Part shown: positions 37,706-48,131 of the stretch, piece by piece
Layout: every line of letters begins with the position of its first letter
Position numbering within the stretch: the first letter of the stretch is position 1
From: Podarcis filfolensis
Lineage: Eukaryota
Strand: one strand, 5' to 3'
Assembly (NCBI GenBank): GCA_964270895.1
Contig: OZ185441.1
Length of the DNA stretch: 64,000 nt
Notes under the pieces: model-generated
What the model saw: only the letters and a program-made list of their open reading frames with translations
Told to the model about the DNA's origin: nothing
Database searches by the model: none
Made by a program: the position numbers and the translations under genes

Positions 37706-40176
37706 CGTTGGGTGAAGCCTTAAAAGACTAGCAACCTAACCCTCCCCCAATATCAGTTAACCCCAAAGAAGTCACAGTAAGCTTTAAAAAACTGCAGAAC
37801 GGTGTCTCTGGAGCAAATAGCTTCTGATATTTAGAAATACAGTATTGCATAGACGTTCCTTGGTGTCTTTAATACTTCATTCTTGTTTTTAAGTAACATA
37901 TTGTGCTATGCACTGTACTTTATTAGTCATGATTTGATTGGTTCTTACACCAGACTTGTGTCTAAGATAGTGCTTTTCCAGTTTTCCAGCTAGCGATCAG
38001 AGTCAGAGTGATAGAGAATGGATTCTTCTGAAAGGTGGTAGTTGGCACATGAGGACAATATATTGGTTGCTGTCCTTCCATTTCACACTCCCCTGCTCAG
38101 TGGCAGTCCTGCTTGTGTATTGGGATTAGCAGTGATCACCATGGTTGACATCTGGCTTGTGGTTGTCTGACTTCGTCAATGTGCAGGCCACCCACAGAAT
38201 ACTATGGATTTGATACAGAATTTCATTCCACTCACAGAAGGAGTTTCTGTTCACAAAAAGGATCATTCCATGACTTGGAGCAGAACATTTGGCTCCAACC
38301 CCTCGTTTGCTGTGGACAGCATAAATCTGGAAGTATATGAAATGCTTTCAACCCTCTACAGTGCAATATAGCTTGATGCTGCTAGTGATCTAATACATAA
38401 CACGAAGTTAAGCTTTTATGTAAACCTGCGTGCTTTATTACCTCAGGCATAGATTCCATTAAGTGAAAGCCACAGTACTGTATTCCACAACATTTATGAG
38501 ATGTCTCAATTAAAAAATTATATAAACTGGTGTGTAAAGATAAGAATTATCAAAATAATTATGTTCTTTAAGTTTCAGGTGTCTGGCTTTACTAGTACTT
38601 TAGCTAGGGTGGGGAAAACCCCAAATTATAAGCACTCTGACAAAGCTAGGAATAAACATTAAATTCCTGTGCATCAGAGCATTGCACTTTTTGGATCCTG
38701 GGCAACAAGTCACCTGGGAGTTTTACCTGTATGTTCATGAAGGGATCTTTCTTTTCCAGTTCCAAAGACATTTGTAGAAGTTTAAATGCTAAATTTCAAA
38801 GGCAGAAAAATAGAATTTGTACGTACCTTCCAAAAAAAAATTACCTTAACACAACTAGGTGTAAATAGCAGTCAGTAGTACCTTGGCTCTGACACAACTC
38901 CGTTGGTGGGGTGAAGCACAGTCAAACTGTAAATAAAATAAATAAATGTGGAAGACGGAGTTTTGGGGGATGGAAGCTGCATCATTTCAACTGAGCTACT
39001 TGGGGAGGTAATGCAAATGATGTAGTGCTTTGGCGAGATTTTCTCCCCAAACATCCAAAAAAACCATCTGAAACTGTTTTTAAGCTGAGCAACCAGTAAG
39101 ATCCAATACAGATTTCTCTGCCATTCCTGCCTGTCTTCTTTCTTGCTTCAAAATCTTTGGAACATAACATATAACAAAAGAGAGTAGAAGGTGCAATCTA
39201 CACATCTTCCTGCCAGCTAAAACAAAAATCACCAGGTCTAATCTTAGTCAAACTAGTCCTGACAGGGTTTATTTTAGGGTAAATATTTATCAGGTTTACT
39301 TGAAGACATTTGGCATAGTCTTCATTATAATTAAGTCGTGTAGTTTGGGACAAAATAAATGCTGCCCTAGGAAGCTATCGAGAAATTGGAAAAAACCAGT
39401 TGCTGACAGAGCGAAAACAAACAAACCCAGGTTGGCTATTCTGCACGCTCTCTCCCATGATGACTTAATGGCCTTAATTTTAACATATCTAGAGCCTTGA
39501 TTTATTGGTTCTAAGATGTGCTGGATTCCTTAATGATTCTGTGCAAAAAGGGGGGGTATGATCCTGCAAGATACTGTAATAGATCACAGGCATGTTGAGA
39601 CATTTTTTACATGCAAGACTCCCTACCAAATGGCACCCAGCAGTTGCAATTTGATACTGCTTCAATCTGATCAAGATGGAATGAGTTAATGGGTTGGTAA
39701 TGAATTTCATTCAGTTTACTTTTCTAAGCAAACAGACCTAATTCATATTCTTTGGACTAATACATAGATTAAAATACAGGGTTTTTATTTGGATTATGGT
39801 ATAAAAATAGAACAAAATGTGTATTTGGGGGGAAATATGTGTAAATGTTAGCTGAAAATATATCAAATTGTACATTTTAGTGAAAAATACTGCATTTGTG
39901 TGCATTTTTTAAAAATGAGGAAATGGAAGGAACCTATGTTTGAACACATGCAAAACTGACATAGACCAAAAATAGACTGATCCATCCACCCCTACCATTA
40001 AATAATTACAAGCTGCTATGGTTCTGAAGGCCTTTTTCTTCCTTACCAAGTAGTTCAGGAAAGCTGGTGCCTCCTAAGAATTATGAATAAGAAAGAAGAT
40101 TGTGGTCTTGGCTTTTAAATACAAGATAATATGCTAAATGTGACACTCAGTACCACACTCTTTATATCACTGTGCT

Positions 40177-40480
40177 CAGGGCCTGGCCCTACCGTGAGGC
40201 AGAGTGAGGCAGCTGCCTCAGGTCGCAAATTCTAACTTAACTGACTTTGGAAAGGTGGTGCAAGGACTCTGGCAGCATCCTCACCACATCATGGCAGGGT
40301 CCTAGAGTCTTTGTACCTCCTTCTCAAAGCCAGGCAAGTATTTATCAGGCATTGGGGAGGAGAAGGGAGGACTCTAGGACCCTTCCCTAGCCCTTGTTCC
40401 GCCTTCCCAAAGCTGGGCATGCAGCCCTCCACCTTGCAGGGGATGGTTCTGGGGATATATACATGTCTACCCCCAGAACC
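40177..40480. mobile_element. Probable non-autonomous hAT-like DNA element remnant with internal hairpins
   Basis: Starts cagggcctggccctaccgtgaggcagagtgaggcagctgcctcagg (hAT-MITE-like left end). Contains 14-bp and 10-bp perfect inverted repeats. Right terminus not found. Confidence 0.4.
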
Positions 40481-40662
40481 TAACCCTCACATAAGATGCA
40501 AGGCACCTGTACTGGTATTTTATTTTAAATAAGAAATATGCAGAAAATAATTAGAATGAAAGTTCAGTTATTTAAAAACAATATGTTAATAATGCAGAGG
40601 TACACATTATATAAAGTTTGCATACAAACAGGTATAAAAGAAAACCATCTAGAAGATACAGT

Positions 40663-40915
40663 GAAGCAGCTGTGGTATAGTGGTTAAGAGCGGTCGTCTC
40701 GTAATCTGGGGAATCGGGTTCACGTCTCCACTCCTCCACATGCAGCTGCTGGGTGACCTTGGGCTAGTCACACTTCTCTGAAGTCTCTCAGCCCCACTCA
40801 CCTCACAGAGTGTTTGTTGTGGGGGAGGAAGGGAAAGGAGAATGTTAGCTGCTTTGAGACTCGTTCGGGTAGTGATAAAGTGGGATATCAAATCCAAACT
40901 CCTCTTCTTCTCTTC
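40663..40915 (+). mobile_element. tRNA-derived MIR/Ther1-like SINE (Squam3-like), second copy
   Basis: Aligns with 16970-17222, including a 71-nt identical block (tgaagtctctcagcccc...gaatgttagc). Confidence 0.85.
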
Positions 40916-41369
40916 CTTTTTATAATGTTGCCATTCTTTATTACTGTACAGCAACATAAGTCAGATTTCAGTGTTGAACATTGTTACTGCTAAAGATGCT
41001 GTGTTGTCTATAATAATAGTTAATATATCCTTATGAATTAACAATGATTTCTCTATTGGGAACTGATTCTGGTCTTATTAACTGCCTCAAGGTGAATTAA
41101 GTATAGAAAATATGACCCTCGTTATTAACTTGTTTTTCTTTCTCATAACCTGTGAGTTTCTCCAGTAGGAGTTTTTTGGATGGAAAAAAAGGAGAGAGGA
41201 TAAACAATGAAAGAAATAAAATTCATATTTTATGGTGTCGATCATTTTGGGGCTTGCAGAGATGTTATCAGATCTGTTGGCTTTGCTTGCAAAGCATCCC
41301 ATTCATAAATTATATTTGATGAAGGCAGAGAAAAATTTATGTAAGTTGTTGACTGAGCCAGTGACATAG

Positions 41370-41690
41370 AGGACAGAGTGCAAGGCATGAATCTAAGGAA
41401 GTGATCTGACCATGACAAGGAACTGGTGTCAATATCCCCCACTTTCAGATCACCCTCTCATGCCCAGTTGAGAAAGCAAGGTCCAGAGTGTGGACTGCCA
41501 CATGCGTTGGGCCGGTGACATGTTGGGACAACCTTGTGGTCATCATGGTAGCCATGAAGTCCTAAGCCATCCCAAAGCCAATCGTCTTGCCGTGGATGTT
41601 GAAGTCCCCCAGAACAGGAGTCTGGGAGTCCACCACACCTCTGACAGCAGCTTTGTCAGCTCAGGCCAGGAGACTGCTGGGCAGTAGCCA
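41370..41690 (-). mobile_element. Decayed L2 LINE ORF2 APE-endonuclease fragment
   Basis: Minus strand translates VLGDFNIH...A*DFMATM...LSQHVTGPTHVAVHTLDLAFS and, after a frameshift, LSWSDHFL. These are the APE motifs GDFN, PT(H)..(G)HTLDL and SDH, with a stop and frameshifts. Confidence 0.8.
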
Positions 41691-44456
41691 GTTTCTGTTC
41701 AAAAGTGGGTTATAAATATTACAATTCAGATGTATAAGCCTCAACTGAAAGATATTACTAGGCGTCATCGAGATTACAATTAAGGCATCTTACAAAATGG
41801 TGGAATAGGCTATCTTCCTTTCCCCCTTGACCCCCTCTCTTTTACCTCTCTCACCTACCCATTCCTAATTCTTATGTTGTCTGTACATTTAGCACCTAGT
41901 GGGAAAGTGGGGGAGCTACAGTATTCTCCACATTTCTTTTTTCTACATGGAGGGAATATGTTTATCTCACTTCTGATCCTCTTTAGACTGTGAAAGAGCT
42001 TCAGCGGCAAGTGCTCAAAAGCTGGCTCACATAATTCCTTAGACTTTGTGTTCAGAATCCATATTTCAGTGCAGAAAAAAACACCGGGATGCATCTTAAT
42101 CCTGTAAGCACCTCATGAGGTGTAAGAGAGGAGACCTCTTAGAGTCTGCCTGAGGCTTCAGGAATGGTTTTGCGGCATCTCTGCACACACTGCATGGTAC
42201 CTGGGTCTGCAGAACTTTGTGAATAGTCGGTTTATTTTTCAGAGCTCCTCTAGAGCCATAACTGTCCCGAGTCTTCTGATGCAGTGCTGTTATGTTCTGT
42301 GACTGTGTGACAGTGCAGTCACATTTCTCTTTTGAAATGAAAGATCACAACCTCAGCTCGGTAGAAGTCAAGTCAGTTCTTTACGGATGAAAGCACAGGA
42401 ATTGTTTGTTCTTCATGGCAAAGATCAAAGGAATAATTTAATGGTAAAACACAAACCTTCAACCTCAGCTCATTAAAATGAATTTGCCTTTTCACTCTCA
42501 AACCCTGCTGCTGCACAGTGTTTGTTTTACAGCATAATACGTGACACAGAGAACACTTGGGGTTTACATAATTTGACCTTGAGTATACATTACTTGAACT
42601 AACGTCTACTAAGCATGCTCCTTCATAGCCCCCATGTATTTCAATGGGAGGTGCAAGATGGTTGGATTTACCCTCTGCAATAATCTGAATAATTTCCAAA
42701 TTCCAATCAGGGGACTTGAGTGGAGTACTTATAACCCAGCAGCAGATTTCTGTGTGCAAGTATGGTATTGCAGTAGATTTTTTTTAATAATAGGTTTTAT
42801 CTTTATCGTAATTCTATTGCTATGTAGTTAATGTGCTTCTTAATATTAATATTGCGCACTAATAGATGTTATTAGGTTGTGAAATGAATAAAACTTAACT
42901 GGTCTTGAAAAATAGAAGAAAGTTCAAATGCACATATAATATTGAGATTAATGTTATATAACAACTGGGACACCTGATCACTTTCTTTCCCACTACTGTG
43001 AAATGTATAGTTTTTTACAGCTATGCATATACAAATTTATTAAAAACATTCTTCTCTTTTTCCCCTTTCTTTTTGTGGATGTGCAAATGGCCAGTCTGGA
43101 CTCCTCCTGCTCCTGCCTTACATGTTTCTGACAGCTCTTTTTCATCTTACTCTATAGTATCTTATACTACAGTGGTTTCTGAATCAGGCCTAATTCCTCA
43201 TATCAATTTCCTTTTTATATTTAGGTCTCATTTTTTGGCCTTCTAGGAGTTTAAGTTTTTTAAAAGATGAGAATTTTTACTGTTGATCTCGTTGTACTTA
43301 TACTAGGAGAACTACAGCTGAAATAAAGACAAACTGAACGTTTCTTCTCCTTTGTCTTCAAAAGTAGTGCTTTCTTGTTGGCTGAAACGATTCCCCAATT
43401 GAATGCTACTAGTTTTCCTTTTTACACAGCCTAGCACATCTCTGGTGATAAGTGGACACAACAAATATTAGTAGTAGGTTCGGTGCTTTAGTGTTAAACC
43501 AGAAATGCAAGAAACAATACTTTGCAAACACGTGTCATGCATAGAAAAATTGAGTTTGCACAGTGTTCTTCTGTGTGGACACTGCCTGCTACACTGTTCC
43601 ATAGCGGTTCCCCCTGTTCCTATTTGGACTTGGTTTGTAGAGATTCACTGTTGTCCTAGGTACTGTGGTTCCAATATATCAGGAGGGCACCATCCTGCTG
43701 TAATGTGTTTGTGTCTGCTATCTTCTGTTGCTCTATTGTCACTGCGTTTCTCATTCTTATGTTCTCAGTCAGATGGGTAGGCCTGCCAATCCCATTGTAA
43801 TTTCCTTCAGCTTGTTCTCATCATGTGCCGCCTTTGTGAAACCCCATTCTAAGTAATTTTTGGAAGTATAGACACCTTTCATACATTGAAAAATCTAAGT
43901 GCAATCAGAAAGGCAACTGTGATCTTTAGGCAAAAGAACATGTTGACAGGAATGGTAATGTTTAACTAATTCCTGCTTCTCGTGGGGTTATTCAGGAAGG
44001 TCTGTTAAAGCTAAGTATTCTTTCAGAATTACAGCAGAGAACAGGAGTCTTTATTTTAATTGAGGGCTGGATAAAATACAAACTAATTAACCCCAAATAA
44101 GCTTCCTTGTTTGCCCCCCTTTTTAAATGAACTTGGGGTGCTCAGTTTTGCAATTTCAATCATATTTTTAGATTGCATTTTAACACCATCTGCACCTTGA
44201 AAAAGATGGTAATATATTGCACAGTTGGAAATACTTGTTAATGAATACTTGGGGGGAAGAGTATGAAGGGATAGATATAGTCCAGCTAATTAAGTTAAAT
44301 TATAAACAACATACAGTGGAGAAGATTATATATTTGTCATTCTACTTTACCCGCTCTACTTATTAGGATTACAATGTCAAACTGCTGTCTGGCTTTCCTT
44401 TTCTACTTTAAAGAGCTGCTTTATAACAGAACCAAATCAAGTCTACATCTTGGTGG

Positions 44457-44510
44457 TCAGCCTGCAACCCTGAGACTAGCTCTCTGGGATATGAAGGAAG
44501 GGGCTTTATC

Positions 44511-44542
<32 letters not shown>

Positions 44543-44572
44543 CTTCTTCTTCTTCTTCCCCTCCTCCTCCTC
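44457..44572 (+). repeat. Retroposon-like 3' tail ending in (CTT)15 CCC (CTC)4
   Basis: caaccctgagac..gggatatgaaggaagggg..tatcta resembles the L2/Squam3-type 3' end. The CTT run at 44513-44557 was counted directly. Confidence 0.7.
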
Positions 44573-44964
44573 TTTATCTCAGGTTTAATGGTATTGCAAA
44601 GTCACTTCTATAAATATATTTTTAACAGATGATACTTGGATCAGAAGTATTCTTCACCACTAGTTCCTGGTGGCTGGTGCACTTTAGGACTGGTAAGGTA
44701 GAAGGCAAGGAGAAGTAGATGGAGACAGAACCAGTGACAGGCGCATGTTCCAGAGCTCATCTGTTACATTGAAAGTTGTGAGAATGAGCTCTGATTCAGA
44801 TTAAGTTCTGTGTGTACGTGTGCAGCTGATCCACCATATCTGCTTTTAAAAAAATCATTTATTTGCTACTCGCCCCCTCAAGCACAGTAGAATATATTGT
44901 CACCTTTCCTTTCCTTGTTGTTCTATAAACATTTTATTTATTGTCAAATACTGAGTCAGCTATA

Positions 44965-45320
44965 GGGACGCGGGTGGCGCTGTGGGTAAAACCTCAGCGC
45001 CTAGGACTTGCCGATCGCATGGTCGGCGGTTCGAATCCCCGCGGCGGGGTGCGCTCCCGTCATTCAGTCCCAGCGCCTGCCAACCTAGCAGTTCGAAAGC
45101 ACCCCTAAGTGCAAGTAGATAAATAGGGACCGCTTACCAGCGGGAAGGTAAACGGCGTTCTGTGTGCTGTGCTGGCTCGCCAGATGCAGGTTGTCACGCT
45201 GGCCACATGACCCGGAAGTGTCTGCGGACAGCTGGCTCCCGGCCTATAGAGCAAGATGAGCGCACAACCCTAGAGTCTGGCAAGACTGGCCCGTACGGGC
45301 AGGGGTACCTTTACCTTTAC
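44965..45320 (+). mobile_element. Sauria SINE (Squam1), full length, young
   Basis: 5' gggacgcgggtggcgctgtggg (A box), B box ggttcgaatcc, body cctgccaacctagcagttcgaaagc, (TACCTT)n tail. 13-bp TSD tactgagtcagct at 44949-44961 and 45318-45330. CpGs retained. Confidence 0.93.
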
Positions 45321-47592
45321 TGAGTCAGCTGCTGCCTCCTAGAGAGCATTATAGAAAAGAATTGGCCTATTTTACTGCTAAAGCTGTCAAAACAATATGA
45401 AATTTAGTTTTGGGGTTTGTCTTTGTTTGGGGGCATGTATCGGGCCAAAATTACTGTCATAAGGATAGCCTTTTGACTGATTGACAATACAGTATCTGAG
45501 AAGTGATGTGGGCTCTCATAATAATGTGACATTTTATGAGAAGTTTGACTGCTTTCATTACCTGAATTTATACCTGGATTTCCATATTAGAGCTGCTCAA
45601 GATAGGAATGCTGTCAGGACAGAGTTGTGGGACTGTTTTGAAATCATTGTTGCTGTCTCTAATAAGATGAAGACACAGCACTGATAAATATTTTAATTGC
45701 AAAGAAAAAACAGTTGATATTAATTTGTAGGTCATTGAAGAAGAAAAGTTTGCAGGTTCATTTCAAAAGATATGCAAGCAAATGTTGAAGTTGTTTCTCT
45801 TGTTATTGTTGTATAAGTAACTTTAATTAGAACATTTCTAAATACAACGTCACTGGGAGCTAATATTCTTTTTTATTTTTTACTAAGAACAGTTTTTCAA
45901 CAAAATATCACAGAATCATTTGTTTGGAGGAGATGTGGAGGAAGACTGTTGTTTACTTTTTCAAACCATGTGTTTTCTCATTTATAATTGAATATTAATA
46001 TTTATCATTTTTATTGTACCACTGCAGCATATTACAATTAAAATATTGGTATGTCCTTTCATTTAGACTGTTCCCATTTTTACATAAGCTTGTTCCATTG
46101 CAATTGATTAGGCTCTCTTACAAATATATGTATGGCACTTTGAGTGTTATTCTGTTACCTGTGCTACATCACTGTTAATGTAGTTCAGTAGTCCATGTGT
46201 GATGAAAAATGTAGCATCAGTTTTCTCAAGTTTAAATGTTAAAGATTATTCCTAGTCCCATGGGGACAATTCACAATATCAGAAAATTGGCATTTCTTCC
46301 TGTGAGCTAAGTGTTCATTACTTGGTTGTCAGCTATCTCTTCATAGCTTAAAGAAAAGGGCGGGGGAGAATGTGTAACCCAAAAACTCACTGTGGCTCAT
46401 GCATGGTCTGTGAAACCATGGTTTCCCATGGTGTCTGTACCCAGTGCTTTTAAGATTAAACATTATAATCAAAAAATTTAGTGGATGTTAGTAGAAAGAA
46501 ATTCAAAACCAACAATAGCACAATAGCTTTATGAGGATCTACTGAAATAGTAGCATAATAGTTGTATGAAGACCTGCTTCACAATATGCAAGTTTTTATG
46601 TTTATCAGAATTCTTCTTGAGATCTGAAGTTGTGCAAAACAAAACAAAAAATACACTAAAGCCAAAAAGGATGTGGAAAAAATATATATTTGGTGGGCTT
46701 AATGGAAAAGCCTCAGTCTACAGATTATATTTATGATAAGAAAGCTGCCATTTTTCCTTGCTTGTAACATGTGGCCACCCCCAGCTCCCATTGCCCAACC
46801 AAGGACCTCAACTATCATTTTCACCATAGAAATGGACAAGAGAAAATAGCTTTTTTCTACCCTTGTAAGTCAAATATGTCTGGAAAAGGCTTGTGTTAGC
46901 ACCAGGAGCTGTTAAAATAATGGTACCATAACAATTCAGGCCCATTTTGTAAGCTCCAAGTAGTTTGTATTAAGCTACCTTAATCTTTCATACAGGCTTT
47001 TGTTAATGTGTTACCCAGCGTTCTCAAATGGCCTTTGCTGCTTATCAGTTTTCTCCATTCTTCTATAATACCACTGAGCATGATAGGTAAATGACCAAGA
47101 TTTATCAGGCTGCAGCAATGGTGGTCTTTCTGTCTGATCAAGGCAGACTAAAATGGTTCGTGTTACAATAACCCACTGCAGATCTTTCAGGAAGATACAG
47201 AAAGAATTCATTCTCTCTCTTTTTAAATAGCTTGTTCCATTTCCTCAGTTAGATGTCCTCATTGAATAGTGTGGAATGGAATGAGCCCCTACAGAGACCA
47301 GTGTATACATTTTTAATTACTTGCAGTCATTGTTTGTAACCGCTACCCTTGCAGGCTTTTTGCCTGAAGAAATAATACTTGTGTAAATTTAGACCTCCTT
47401 TTGGACATGCTACAATTGCCTTGAGTAGGAGAAGGGTATGTAATACCACAGGCCATGTTTCTCAAACTGGTCTTTTTCTGTGGCTGTAGATGACACTGCA
47501 GAATGCTTGTAGAAGAAATATGTAGAATGAAAAGGAAGAGATTCAGGTGGATGAAACTGCATAATTAAATGTTATGAATGATATTTGCATCA

Positions 47593-47595
<3 letters not shown>

Positions 47596-47637
<42 letters not shown>
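47596..47637. repeat. (AT)21 microsatellite
   Basis: Counted directly. Confidence 0.95.
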
Positions 47638-47639
<2 letters not shown>

Positions 47640-47995
47640 AATTTTCTGTCTCTGAGAACAATTTATATTTTACCAATATTTGAGACCACTTCCCTGATTT
47701 CCCATGCATTTATCTGTGTAATAGAAGGGTGGTATAAAAAAATTGACAATAATAGTAAGCAAGTGGAACAGAGCTATATCAGCAGTGGGTGCATCTATGC
47801 TCCTGCTGCAGCCAAAGCTGACTCTTGGGATAAGGCCATAAGCCTTGAAAAAAAATCATTTCACCGTATTAGTAACTTCTCTGTATGACAAAATCTCCCT
47901 CTTGGACTGTTGTTGCATAGCACAACAACATGATCAATACAGCTGACCTGGAAAAATATTGAGGGGGTTATTATTAGTTGGTTTGGGAGACAGAG

Positions 47996-48131
47996 TAAGG
48001 TTACCAGATTTTTTTTTTCATTGAATCCGGGGACACTTTTCAACTTCAATAGGAGTGATAGGATTTTGTCAGGGGACTGATTTATAAATCCAGGGACTGT
48101 CCCCGGGAAACGGGGATGTCTGGTAACCTTA
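47996..48131. mobile_element. hAT MITE, 136 bp
   Basis: Perfect 13-bp TIR taaggttaccaga / tctggtaacctta. 8-bp TSD agacagag (47988-47995) versus agatagag (48132-48139), 7/8. Internal gggac/gtccc subterminal motifs. Confidence 0.88.

Noticed and set aside
15895-41690. Idea that the minus-strand L2 pieces (EN at 41.5 kb, 3' tail at 17.8 kb, RT at 16.0 kb) are one fragmented element
   Set aside because: The order is not colinear (the tail lies before the RT in element orientation) and coding exons lie between them. These are independent insertions.
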